A DNA stretch of 64,000 bases, from NCBI RefSeq assembly GCF_009914755.1, contig NC_060927.1. One strand, given 5' to 3'. The position numbers were made by a program, and so were the translations under genes. The stretch comes from the human T2T-CHM13v2.0 reference genome, Homo sapiens. The notes under the pieces are model-generated. The model did no database searches, was not told where the DNA came from, and was given only the letters and a program-made list of their open reading frames with translations. Below are positions 32,212 through 51,066 of the stretch, one piece after another. Numbering within the stretch: the first letter of the stretch is position 1; each line of letters opens with the position of its first letter.

Positions 32212-32537
32212 TTTTATTTTATTTTATTTTATTTTATTTTATTTTATTTTATTTTATTTTATTGAGACCAAGCCTTGTCTGTCGCCCAGACTGGAGTGCA
32301 GTGGTGCAATCTTGGCTCACTGCAGCCTCCGCCTCCTAGGTTCAAGTGATTCTCATGCCTTCAGACTCTCGAGGATTACAGGTGCCTACCACCACACCAG
32401 CTCATTTTTGTATTTTTAGTAGAGACAGGGTTTCACCATGTTGGCCAGGCTGGTCTCAAACTCCTGACCTTAGATGACCCACGCGCCTCAGCCTCCCAAA
32501 GTGCTGGGATTACAGGCGTGAGCCACCGTGCCTGGCC
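32212..32537 (-). mobile_element. AluS with (TTTTA)10 tail
   Basis: Full dimer; pentanucleotide tail at 32212-32262. Confidence 0.93.
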
Positions 32538-32922
32538 AGAAAAAGCTATTGTTAAGTGATTAAGTATGCACTGGCTATGAAGTCACCTATCTATGTTTCT
32601 TGGAAACCTTTTTAGGTTGCGTTTTTAAAATGTGAGTCTACTTTTCTTATCAAAGGCAACGGATATTAGAAAATTATTTATTCTCATAAAATTGTGGCAA
32701 TGCTTCATTTTTCTGGCAACCTCTTGTCTGATTATCTCTGAAGTTTGGAATGCAGCTGAGAACCAAGATACAAGCAATTCAAGACCCCCATGAGCAGCTG
32801 AGAAAAATTACTCTCAGTCTGTGTACCCAACAAGCCCCTTAGGCCTAGAAAAGCCCCTAGGAATTCAAGTCTTATTTTCTTACCTTAAAGCAACCTCCTC
32901 AAGCTGGAATTAGAAGTCTAGA

Positions 32923-33240
32923 GCTGTGCTGTCCAATATTGTAGCCATGAGTCACACATGGCAATTGAGCCCTTGACGTGTGACAAGTCCAAATGGAGAT
33001 GGGCTCTGCATGGAAACACACACTGCATTTCAAAGACTTAGTGTGAATTGAGAATGTAAAATTTCTCATTAATAATTGACTATTTTGGTGATATGTTGAC
33101 ATACCCTATTTTTGATATACTGGTTTAAATAAATAGATAATTAGAATTAATTTTCCCTTTTAAAAATTTTTTAATGTGCTAACTAGGACATTTTCAACTA
33201 CACATGTAGCTCACATTATATTTCTAGTGGATCATGCTGG
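32923..33240. mobile_element. MER33-like hAT-Charlie element
   Basis: gctgtgctgtccaat..tagcca...gtagctcacattatatttctagtgga. Confidence 0.75.
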
Positions 33241-34484
33241 GCTAGAAGGTAGAGTCTCTATTAAGGGAAGCTTATCAAGGCATGGTTTGGCAGTGCAGTA
33301 GAAGACTGAGAGGTTATTTAAAATGACACAGTAAATCAAAGAGCATAACTGTCTTAAGGAAATGTAACATAGGGACAAACAGACCAATACATTGAGACAG
33401 ATTCTGAAAACAGTGCTGCATTATAGAAAGCAGAAGCTGATGTTGACCAAGATTGACTTGCCAAAAAAGTGTTCCGATCATAACCTCTTTCGAGAGTGCA
33501 AGCATGTGTACTATGTATGACAACATTCTAACAAGATAAACAGAAACAATGAGTAAATATGCTTTCTTGTGGGTAATAGGATTTCCAAATGTTGACCTTA
33601 ACCATGTGGTTAAGCATCTCAGGATATTTTACATGAAATCCTGAGGCTTAGAAAATTAGCTCATCTTGCATTCTTGGACCGTGAGAGCTGCAAGGAGCTT
33701 CCAAGAAAATGTGCCGAGTGTTGGGGCTCCTCCCTCCAAGTCCCTGTCACTGAGAAGCTTGTTAAATGGCTTCCCCAGACACCCATTGCCCTGGAAAGAG
33801 CCACCCATCAGAGAGACAGGCAGAATGGCGGTCCCAGCTTTTACAGCCCTGAGGCCTGGCTCCTCACTAAATATTTCCATCAAGGCAGCTCTTGGGAAGC
33901 GAGACAACAGCCTCTGTTTAAATGCTTTATTAGCCCAGTGTGCCACCTCAGGTCCTTTTTGGAAGCAGGCTGAGTATAAATTTCAAATAAATAAATAAGA
34001 TGAGTGCAGAAGCAGCAACTGGGGCCAAGAATCAGAAGGATGGTTGAGACTTTGCCATTTGTTGGGGACATCCTTTATAGATTTCCTGCCTTCAGCATAA
34101 AGAAGGACTCGTGGGCTGACTTTGTTGTTCATCAGGAAATCTGATACTGCCCACCCCACTCTTGCCACTTGAGGATTAAATTCCACAGAAGAGAGTTTTT
34201 TTCCTACCTTCTCTATGTTACGTGGGAGATGTAGAAATGATAGATCTTCCTCTCAAGTTGCTGAATGAGTTTAGGGACAAAGGCAGTGAAAAAAAAAAAA
34301 AAATGACCAGGACCCAGGGCAGAAAGGACAGGAAGGGACATGTGTGAAAGTTCAGCAGAGGGAGCAGTTGCTGTTGGCTGAGGAAATCAGGGAAGGCTTC
34401 CTAGAGAGAAAGACCGAATATAAATACCTCTGGAAACTGGGCCTGATTTTGCAGTGCCACTGACATGCCCCAGCTGTTCAGAGC

Positions 34485-34840
34485 AGGTCTTAGATTGGGT
34501 CTCCTGGGAAACAGACTGTGGAATGGAACCAAGTATGTAGGAGTTTACTGGAGACTGCTCTTGGGAACAGCCCCTTTGACGGTCTGAAGGAAGGCAGAGG
34601 GAGAGGGCAGCCATGGCAGAGGCCTCAGCGATCCCGTGGGGAGCCCTGGAGTCAGAATGATCCTTCAGCGTAATCCCAAATGGAAACAAGAGGCCTGGGC
34701 CTTTGTGGCCTGCAATTACCAGTCAGCTTCTGTAACCTTGGCCAGAGGCAGGTTCTCAGCTGGGCAATGTCAGCAGCCACTGTTTTGACAGCTGGAGGGA
34801 TGAAGGGGCTCCTGGGGGATGCACCGCAGCATCCACTGCA
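34485..34840. mobile_element. Old ERVL LTR (LTR33-like)
   Basis: gaggcctcagcgatcccgtggggagccctggag motif. Confidence 0.55.
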
Positions 34841-35231
34841 GAGGGAGGCCGGCAGAGAACGCTCTGCAGAAGGCTTTATCGTCCACTTACTCACGAATGC
34901 AATAGCATTTACTGAGCACCTGCATGACAAGCACTCAGACACACAAGAGACCAAGACTCGGTCCCTTCCCTCCAGAAGCTTGCAGTCTAGTGGAAAGATA
35001 GGCTCAAACACAGCTGTCACTTGGCAAAGTGCTAACTTCCATCTTCAAGCTGCATTGAGCATGATGAGAGTTCAAAGCAAGAAGCAGTTCTGCCCAGTCG
35101 AATCAAGGAAAACCCTCCGAGGAGAGGCCATGAGTCAGGCCTGGGTCTGTGTGCAGGAACTCACTGGGCTGAGAGGGAGAGAGGTGTGTTCCAGGTAGGG
35201 GTAGGGGGGCAGGCAATAGCACATCCTCTGA

Positions 35232-35573
<342 letters not shown>

Positions 35574-36834
35574 TAGGCATAGCAGAGATATTTCCCCATT
35601 TTAGGTCCCACTGGGCTCAGGTCACTTAAGGCCACACAGCTAAGAATAGTGACGTGAGCCCACTTGCATTTCTGAGCTCTCTCCCAGAGTGTCTTGCACA
35701 TCTCCATGAGATTGTCTTATTTTCCTGGGTTTCTCGGTAGCTGGCTGTGTCCCTCTTGTTCCCCATCCCACATCTACATTCACCTTTAGCTCCATTTCTC
35801 ATATCACCCATCATCCATCTGGAGCCCCTGCTCCTCCCTTCTTTTTGTGGTTCTCAGAAGAGAAAAATGCAATCACCTCTCTAGGCTGTCCCTGTTAGGC
35901 CCACAGAGATCCCCCAAGGCCAGCATGGGTGGCCTCAGGACCCTTCCACCTCTGAGCCCCTCTCCTGACTGCTGATGGGCCTGGGAACAAGGATACATTG
36001 ACCCTATTCTGTGTCACCCCCTGGCTGGGCATGGAGGGGCTGTGCTTCCCCCACTGTCTCTCTGGGGAGTTTCTTCTCGTCCCCAGAGATGTCGATTGCC
36101 CCTTTCTCTGGGAAGCCTTCCTTGACTTCCAATCGGTCACACCTCCTTTGGGCTCCCATAGCACTTAATTATTTATTTTTTCTTTTTTTTCCACACAAGT
36201 GAAAGAAAGGATCCCACAGCACTTTGTACATGTTCTAATTATACATCTTATTACTTAGCATTGTGACTATGTCCCCCATCCTGCTCCCCCACTGGGAATT
36301 TCTGGAGTCTGGGAGTTCTGTCTTGGGGTGCCTCTGCATGCTCAGCACCCACATTTGAGAAATGCTGGTGAGTGAAGAGATGAGAGGTCCCTGGCCTTAG
36401 AAGTCTTCCAGTCTAGTAGGGAAAGCAAGACAAGAATATAAATAAATACAATACAACAAAGAAAGTAGTTGGAATTGACTTAAAGCTGGAGACACAGGGA
36501 ACAGCATTGTCAAGGAAGGAATAGCATGGGCCAGGAATGCATTGTGTAGCTAGCCTCTACATTTGGTGCTGGCGAGGACACAGGCTGAATGGAACAGGCC
36601 CTAGGTGTCTTGAAGAATGAGTACGAAAGGAGACCTATTCATTCTTACAACCCAACATTTGGCAGTGTCACTGATGAGTGCACTGGGACAGGAGTACTGT
36701 ATTGGACAGCAGAGGGGAGGTGCCGGAGAATCAATGAGAGCGGAGGGGAGGAGATGGGGGTGAGCCAAGGTGCACTTAGATGTTTCCAGTCTGGGACCAG
36801 GGGCAGAGGAGTCCTGGCCATGAAGGGAAAATGA

Positions 36835-37224
<390 letters not shown>

Positions 37225-37313
37225 TAAAGTGAGGAGATAAACACATGAATAAATGATATAATTTTAGGCAGCGATAAGGACTAGGAAGAAAATAATTGGA
37301 GTAATGGGTTAGG

Positions 37314-37620
37314 GCAGGGGTTGGCTATGGACCAAATTTGGCCCAGCTGCCAATTTTTTGTGGGTGAGCTAAGAATGGTTTTGATATTTTTAAGTGCTTG
37401 AAGGGGGAAAAAAATGAGAAGATTTCATGACAGGGGAAATGATATAAAAATTTAAATGTCAGAATCCTTAAATAAGGTTTTCTGGGAACACGGCTACACC
37501 CACTCATTCACATATCATCTACAGCCACTTCCTTGTGACAGTGGACATTGAGGGTCAGGCCTGCAAAGTCTCAGGTATTCACTACCTGGCTCTCTACAGA
37601 AAATGTTGCCTGGCATCTGT
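37314..37620. mobile_element. MER58B-like, within an L2 remnant (about 37230-37965)
   Basis: caggggttggc...gagctaagaatggtttt...cctggctctctacagaaaatgttgcc. Confidence 0.75.
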
Positions 37621-37953
37621 GATAGAGAGTGGCTGGAAAGTGGTGTGGGATGGGCTGTGGTAGAGGATGAGGGAAGGCAGTTCTCAGGAGATTATATTGA
37701 AATCCAGATGCAAAGGATGATAAACAGGCGGCCAGGAACAGATGTGGGGAAGGAACACCAGGCAGCGGGCACAGCAAGTCCAAAGGCACTGAGGCAGGAG
37801 TGAGGTTGGTATGTGTGAGAGAGTAAGAAGGCTAGTGAGGCTGGAGTGTGGTGGAAAAGGGGACAACGACACGAATTGACGACTGAGACGTAGGCAGGAG
37901 TTTGGTCATGTAGCCTTGATAGTGTTATGGAAGGCCATTCCATAAGGAAGTGA

Positions 37954-38262
<309 letters not shown>

Positions 38263-38683
38263 TGGGATTTATCTCTTTTTAACTTTAAAAAAGTATTAAA
38301 ATATTTTTCATGCTTTAACTTTTCAAAAAATATAAAATGCATACAGAAAAATGAGCAAATCCTAAGTGTGTAGCTCAATTAATATTACAAAGTAAACATA
38401 TCCTATAACTACCAAGTCAAGAAATAGAGCATTACCAGCTCCTTAGAAGCCCCCTTTAGTCCCATCCAAATGACCAATCTCACCCTCCTTCCCAGGTGGA
38501 AGATTGCTAACACCAGAGATTAGTTTTTATTGTTTTCTAAAACCTGATTAAAATAGATCTCTTTGGTGTGTCTTCTTTGGTGTCTGGCATCTTTGTCCCA
38601 ACATTATGATTGTGAGATTTGTGCATGTTGTTATGTATAGCAATAGTTTCTTCTTTTTCATTATTTTATAATAATCGATTTTA

Positions 38684-39062
<379 letters not shown>

Positions 39063-39366
39063 CTACTATTGATTGGCATATGCCAGGATGTGAAATTGCT
39101 GTCATTGAGTATGTGTATGTTCAGCTTCTAGTACAGACTGTCCGTTTTCCGCCATGGTCGTTTTACGTTCTGCTCCCACCAGCAGTGTGTCTGAGAGTTC
39201 AGTTGCTCCACATCTTCACCAATGCTTGGTATGGTCAATCATTTTAATACAGCCATTCTGTAATGATGAAATGTGTTGTCTTAGTGACAAAGTGGTTTTT
39301 TATTTGCATTTCCCTGATGACTATAGAGGCTGAGCACCCTCCATTGTTTGTTGACCATTTTAAGTT

Positions 39367-39480
39367 CAGCAGTCCTTCTTTTCCTCAGGGAATACTTTCC
39401 AAGACCCACAGTGGATGTCTGAAACTGTGAACAGTACCAAGCCCTATATATACTCTGTTTTTCCCTATACATACACACAC
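39367..39480 (-). mobile_element. MER44/Tigger7 terminal fragment
   Basis: ttccaagaccc.cagtggatg.ctgaaac...gtacc.agccctatatatact. Confidence 0.7.
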
Positions 39481-39764
39481 CACAGCCAAGATGCAGGACG
39501 ATTCCATCACCCCCCAACCAAGAGAAAGAAATTCCCTTATGCTATTCCTTTGTAGCCAAACCCTTCCCTCACCCTTAATCCCTGACAACCACTGATCTGT
39601 TCTTTGTAGATATAGTTTTGCATTTTCCAGAACATCATGTAAATGGAATTCTACTGTATACAGCCTTTCGAATCTATCTTCTTTAACTTAGTATAATACA
39701 TACAGGATTCATCCATATTGTTACATGGATCAGCAGTTCATTTCTTTTTATTACTGAGTAGTGT

Positions 39765-40270
39765 TCTGTCTCAGGGGGCCCCCACATCACCCCCACATTC
39801 AGAGATTAACTAGGACCCATGAGACTCATTATATAGTTGTATTCACGGATAAGGTTTATTATAATGGAAGGATACATGATATGATCAGCAAAGGAAAAAG
39901 ACACAGGTAGAATCTGAAGGACACAGGTGTGTCTTCTGGTGCACAGTGAGAGGACACACCTAGCATGCTCCTTTCTCTAGCAGAAAAAAATGCAGTAACG
40001 TGTGCAATGTTTCTGCTAAGGAAGCCCACTAGGGACCCAAACCCAAGCTTTTTAGTGGGTACTGGTCACATAGGCACCCTAAGCCTAGCAACTAGCAAAA
40101 TTCCAGGCTGCCAGAAGGAAAACAGGTATTCAGCATAAATCACATAGTTTGCAGTCTAGGCATAGAGCAGGGTGCCAGGTTCCCAGACACCAGCCAAGGG
40201 CTAATGTTGTAAATAAGTTCTTCTAAAGATAACAGCCTCAAGCCTTCTAATGTTAATTTTTTTGTGTATA
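39765..40270. mobile_element. MER21/MER77-family LTR
   Basis: caccccca..ttc..agatt...ggtcacataggcaccct...ccagaaggaaaacagg..ttcagcataaa..caca. Confidence 0.7.
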
Positions 40271-40970
40271 TAATACATGGCATGGATGGGCAAAATTTGT
40301 TTATCCATTCAACCACTGAAAGACATTTGGATTGTTTTCAGCTTTTTCTGATTATGATAAAACTGCTATAAATACTGTGAGCAGGCTTTTATGTGAGCCT
40401 AAGTTTTCATTTCACTTGGGTAAATACTTAAGAGCTAGATTGCCTGGTTTATAGTAAATGCATGTTTGACTTTGTAAGAAACTGCCAACTGTCTTCCCAA
40501 GTAGCTGTACCATTATCCATGTCCACCAACAATGTATGAGAGTTCCAATTGCTCCAAATCTTTGTTAGCACTTGATATTGTTGGGGTTTGGTTTTTTGCC
40601 ATCTGATAGACATGTGGTAATATCCCATTATCGTTTTAATTTGCATTTCCCTAATAACTAAAGTTGTTGAGCATCTTTTCATGGCTTATTTACCATTCAT
40701 ATATTTTCTTTGGTGAAGTATCCAAGTCTTTTGCACATTTCAAAATTGGATTGTTTTCTTATTGTGAGTTTTGAAAGTTCTTTATTCTGGGTATAAGTCT
40801 TTTATCAGATATGTGACTTGAAATATTTTCTTCAGCCTTTGGCTTAATTTTTTATTCTCTTGACAGTGTATTTGCAGAGTAAAATGTATTTGGATGAAGT
40901 CTAATTGAAATAGGTTTTTTCTTTTCTGGATTGTGATTTGTTGTCATGTCTAAAAACCCTTTGTTTAACC

Positions 40971-41187
40971 CAGTGTTTCTCAACCAGAGATGAGTTTGCC
41001 CCCCAAGGGATATTTGACAATATTTGGAGATATTTTTTATTATCACGACTAGGGAGGGGGTGCTACTGCCATCTCGTGAGTTGAGGACAGAGATGCTGCT
41101 AAACATCCAGCAATGCACAAAACAGCTCCACATTACAAAGAATTATGAAGTCCAAAATGTCAATAGTGCCAAGATTGAGAATTCCTG
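40971..41187 (+). mobile_element. MER20
   Basis: cagtgtttctcaacc...ttgccccccaaggga...aaaatgtcaatagtgccaagattgagaa. Confidence 0.85.
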
Positions 41188-42089
41188 GCCTAACCCAATG
41201 TCACAAAAATTTCTGCTATGTTTTCTTCTAAAAGCTTATTATAGTTTATGTTTTATATTTAGGTCTATGATCCATTTTGAGTTAATTTTTATATAAGGTA
41301 TAGTGTATGAATTGAAGTTTGTTTGTTTTACATATGGATAGCCAATTGTTCCAACAGTACTTTTTTTTAAAAAGATAAATTTCTCCATTAAATTATCTTT
41401 GCACCTTTGGGTCTCTTTCTAGACTCTGTTTTGTTAATATGGTGAATTACTTTGATTTCAAATGTTGAACCAGTCTTGCATTCCTGGGATAAACTCCATT
41501 TGATCATAATGTATTATTCTTTTTCTGTATTGCTGGATTCAATTTGCTAGTATCTTGTTGAAGAGTTTTTCATCTATACTCATAAGGGTTATTGGTCTGT
41601 AGTTTTCCTTTCTTGTAATGTTTTTATCTATTGAGACAAGCATACAATTTTCCTCCTTTATTCTATTATTGTGGTGAATTATATAGATATTAATATGGAT
41701 ATATTTCAGATGTTCAACCAATCTTGTATTCCTGACATAAACTCAACTTGGTTATGATATATTTCCTTTTTATGTATTTCTAGACTTTAGGAGTTTTTGT
41801 ATCTGTGCTTATAAGGTAGACTGGTCAATAATTTTTCCTTTCTTGCCATGTTATGGTCAGAAGTATTTCTTCTTTATCTATTATATGGTGGACTTTGTGT
41901 ACATATGGATTATTTCTTCCCTAAATATTTGATAGAATTTGCCAGTGAAGTCACCTCTTCCTGGGATTTTCTTTCAGTGGAAGTTTTTAATTAAAATTTT
42001 TATTTTTAGTAGATATAGGACTATTCAGATTTCTTTTTGTGTTTATTTTGATAAGTTGGATTTTTCTAGGAATTTACCATTTTATCTAA

Positions 42090-42404
<315 letters not shown>

Positions 42405-43965
42405 TATGTTGAAGTTTTTAAAAAGATCCTTTTGCAATATTTTAAATGACTGTGTTGATCTCTAGTGATACCCTCTTTTACAATACTAGTGTTAATTATT
42501 TTTGCAATTTTTCTTTTCTCCTTGATTAGTCCCAGGATTTATTGATTTATTAGTGTTTCCAAAGAACCAAATTTTAATTGTGTTGATCTTCTTATACGTT
42601 TGTCTTATTACTTTATTAACTTTTACTCTTATCTTTATTGTTTCCTTCTGTCTACTTTCTTTGGGTTTAATTTTATATTCTTTTTCTGACTTCCTGAGGT
42701 GGATGCTTAGATAATTGGGCTTTTTCTTTTTCTTTTTTGAATATATACATATAATATTACAAATTTCCCTCAAAGTCCAGTTTTAGCTGCATCCCGCAAG
42801 CTTTGATATGCCATATGGTAATTATTAAGCTCAAAATATTTTATATTTTTCTTTCTTGTTCTTTCTTGTCCCGTTGGATATTTAGAGTGTGTAACGTAAT
42901 TATACCATTTCGGGATTGTCTAGTTATCATTTTTTCTTTTTAACATTAAATTGTGTTGTGGTCAGAGAAAAAACTGCATAATTTCAACCCTCTGTAATTT
43001 GCTTAGACTTGTTTTATGGCCCAGCACATAGTCAATTTTGGTAAATGTTTCATGTGGAGCTAAAATGATGCATATTCTGCAGTTTTTTGATACAGCGTTT
43101 TATAAATGTCAGGTCAAATTTATTAATTTAATTTATTAATCATATTGCTTAAATCTTATATATACTTATAAATACTTTCTTATTTGTATCATTTACTGAT
43201 AGAAGTGTGTTAATATCTCCCACGATAATTTTGGAGCTCTCTGTTTCTCCTTTTATTTCTGTAAATTTTTGCTGTATGTATTTTGAAACTATGTTATTAG
43301 ACAAATGCAAACTTAAAATTGTAAACATTGTGAATTTTCCATTTTATTAAGAACTCTCTTTATCTCTAGAGATGTTTTATGTATTACAGCCTGTATTCTC
43401 TAGTATTAGTTTAATTGCATCAGTTTTCTGGTTATTTTTCATAATATATCTTTTTTTGTTTTTTAATTTTTTACTTTCACCCTTTCTGCTCCTTTAAGGT
43501 CTGTCTCTTGAAAGAATTATATATTTTTTGTTTTTTAATTAAATTCAGTCTTTCAATCTTTGTCTTTTAATTAGAGTATTTAATCTTTTTACATTAATAT
43601 AGTTACTTAAATATTTGGGCTAATATTTTTACATTAATATAATTACTTAAATATTTGTACCACCTTACTGTTTGTTTGCTGTTTGACTCACTTGCACTGT
43701 ATTCTTTATTCTTTCCTTTTTTGCCTGATTGTGTATTAATGAAAGTTTTTTTTTATTCTAAGTTTCTCCATATATTATTTAAATATTTAAACATTATTTT
43801 AGTATTTCTTTAGTGGTTACTCCAGAGACTATAACACAAATCCATGATTAATTACTAAAGTATAATATACTCTAGCATTTTTACCACTTTGCAGACAATG
43901 CAATGATCTTAGAATACTTTGTCCATTTACCGCTTGTTTTGCACTATTGTTGTCATGTGTTTTAA

Positions 43966-44428
<463 letters not shown>

Positions 44429-44661
44429 TAAGTTGGCTTTTTCTAGGAATTTATCCCTTTCATCCAAATGTTTAAATATGTTGAAATAAAGTTTTTCAAA
44501 ATATTCTCTTGTGATATTTTAAATGACTGTAAGATCTGTGATGATACTCCTTTTCACATTAACTAGTATTAGACATTTGTGCCTTCTTTTCTTTTTGCTT
44601 CATGCTTCCATTTGGGATCATTTTCCTTCTGTCTGAATAGCTATCTTCAAATTCTCCTTAA

Positions 44662-45281
<620 letters not shown>

Positions 45282-45757
45282 CATTACCTACATTTTGAGT
45301 GGTATTTTCTGTGTTCCTAAGGTTGGCAATTACTTTGTTTTAGCACTTTGAAGATGTCGTTCTGCTGTTTTCTGGCTTCTACCATTTTATTAAGGATTTA
45401 GCTGTTGGTCTTATTGTTGCTCTTTGAAGATATTGCATCTTTTTTTCTCTGGCTGTTTTTTTCTCTCACCTTTAGTTAGTGTTGTTTCTTTAAAGGCTTT
45501 TCTATGATGTGCCTAAATGTAATTTTCATTGTACTTATCCAGTTTGTAGAACTTCTTGATATGATGCTTTCATTATTTAGAAAAAATTCTCAGCTATTAT
45601 TTCATTAAATATTTCTCCTCTTTTCTCTTTTTATCCTCCCTTTTTTCTCTTTTTCCCCCTCCCTTCCTCCTTTACCTCCTTCCCCACCTTTCCACTTTCT
45701 CTTTCTTTTCTCTCTATCTGGGACTCCCAAGTACACCTTTTTACTAAGTTTCATGTA

Positions 45758-49074
<3,317 letters not shown>

Positions 49075-50029
49075 TATTTCTTGTTCTCTGTTCTGTATAT
49101 TTCATCTTTTTTTTTCCCTTTTGGTCAGCCTAGGTATTTTCTACTGACCTGTCTTCCAATTTACTCATGCTTTTTTTTAACTGTGTCTAATGTGCTGATA
49201 AAACTCATCTTTTGAGTTCTTGATCTTATTTATTCTATTTTTCACTTTTAGAATTTCCAGTGGATTCATTTTTATTCTTATACTCTGCTGAAATTCTCCA
49301 TCTTGTTTCTTATTTAATTGTACATTTTAATCATAGCTACTATAAAGCTTCTGTCAGATAATTCTAATATCTGCATTTCTATAAGTCTGTTTCTCACTGT
49401 TTTCAGCCAATCCTTGACTTTGTATCTAATATTCTTTAGTATGCCAGATATTGTGTATGAAAAACCGTAGACATAATTTAAGACTCTGGATGATATCATG
49501 TTCCTCTGGAGAGGACTTATCTTTCCTTTCAACAGGCGAGTAGGCTGGGGGCAGATGACTCTCATCCAAACAAGGATTGAAACTGTGCTTCAGCCTTTGT
49601 GAGGTCTTGTCTATTTTTGTTTCACCTTTACTCCTCAGATAGATATAGCTCTTCGGGTCCTCAACTGAAAGCCAAGGTTGTTTATCAGAGTCTTCTACCT
49701 CGGTGGGCCCTGAATTCCTGTTTTTCTCTCTCTAGCTTCGTGAACATGTCAGGAGCTCTGCTTGGCTTCTCTGCCTGTCATCCCTGGGTTTACTTTCAAA
49801 ATCAACACTTGCCTTGAAAGGTAAAAGAGTTCTAAATGTCATGCTCACTTTCATTAGTTTCTCTCTTTTACCAGATCCTAGCCCTGAAAATCCTCACTGA
49901 CTTGTGACTCTAATGCACTTAGACTTACTTTAAATATACACTGTGTTGAACTTTCTGTGTTTTCTGAGAAGGAGGATTGGTCTAAAATACCCTAAGTCAG
50001 CCATTGTCAGAAGTGAAACACCTGTGATT

Positions 50030-50486
50030 GTTCTGTGGGGATTCTTGGCTTTGCCCAGAAAAGAATTAAAGTGCAAGCTAGTGGTGGAAGAAAACAGCTT
50101 TACTGAAGAGGTGTTACAGCTCTGGCGGTGTTACAGCTCTGGCAGTGTTACAGCTCTGTGACTGCTCCTGCAGAGCAGGGAAACCCCATAGGCAGTGTGC
50201 TGAGAGTAGCAACTCAGGGCAGTTTTGCAGTCATATTTATACCTGCTTTTAATTACATATAGATTAAGTGGTGGGTTACGTAGAAATTTCTAGGGTAGAG
50301 GTAGTAACTTTTGGGTCATCAGGTTATTTTCATAGAAAGGGGCAGTAACTCCCAGGTGTTGCCACAGCAGTGGTAAACTGACATGGCTCGCTGGTGGGCA
50401 TGTCTGATGGAAAGCTGCTTCTACCTCGTCCCTGCTTTAGCTAATCCTCAGTTTGGTCTGGTGTCTGACTTATGCCTCCTACCTCA
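50030..50486 (-). mobile_element. ERV1 solo LTR (MER66-like)
   Basis: Ends gcctcctacctca; gggcagttttgcagtcatatttatacc motif; internal 3x (g/a)gtgttacagctctg repeat. Confidence 0.7.
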
Positions 50487-50531
50487 GCAAGAGTGGAAGC
50501 AAACTAGTTAGAAGACTGTTTTAGTAATCTA

Positions 50532-50601
50532 TTAAGTTGGTGCAAAAGTAATTGCCATTACGTTTAATGACAAAAACCGCAATACTTTTGCACCAACCTA
50601 G
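50532..50601. mobile_element. MADE1 (Hsmar1-derived MITE)
   Basis: ttaagttggtgcaaaagtaattgc...gcaatacttttgcaccaacctag flanked by TA on both sides. Confidence 0.92.
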
Positions 50602-51066
50602 TAAGTAACATTAGTGATATGCTGTCAAAGATGGTAGTAGGGAAAAGAGAATTTTAAATTTACGGAGGACTTTTAGATTTTTGGCTTAAATAACTGAGTA
50701 ACAATGGCGTCACTGACTCAGATGGGAAGACTGAGGGAAAAGTAGGTTTGGGAGGCGTTAGATGAGAATAAATGTATAAATTGCAAATGTATCCCCATCA
50801 GGGTACATTGGGATGTATGTGAGTGGGGACACTGGCCCAGGTGGAGAGACCCCAGAATCCAGTCAGAGCCACTGTTATGAATTTTTGCAAGATTGGTCAG
50901 TGGGCTTCTGAGTCCTTTTCTCCTTTGATCTTAGAGCAATGTCTCCTCACTTCATAGAACCTAGTCCTAAAATCCTGAGAAAGTTATGAGAATTGGCCTC
51001 TTTAGGAGAAGATTTTCTTGTCTAAGACATTGAGACTTTCAAAATTTCAGTTTCTGTCAAATTGGT

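Noticed and set aside
34680-35198. 172-aa + strand ORF
   Set aside because: Spans an old LTR and an L2 remnant; exons E and F already join in frame without it
41430-41850. Apparent tandem duplication of an L1 ORF2 segment
   Set aside because: The copies are very diverged; more likely the junction of two different old L1s
50108-50160. Three short direct repeats gtgttacagctctg, superficially CRISPR-like
   Set aside because: Head-to-tail with no unique spacers, inside an ERV1 LTR in eukaryotic DNA
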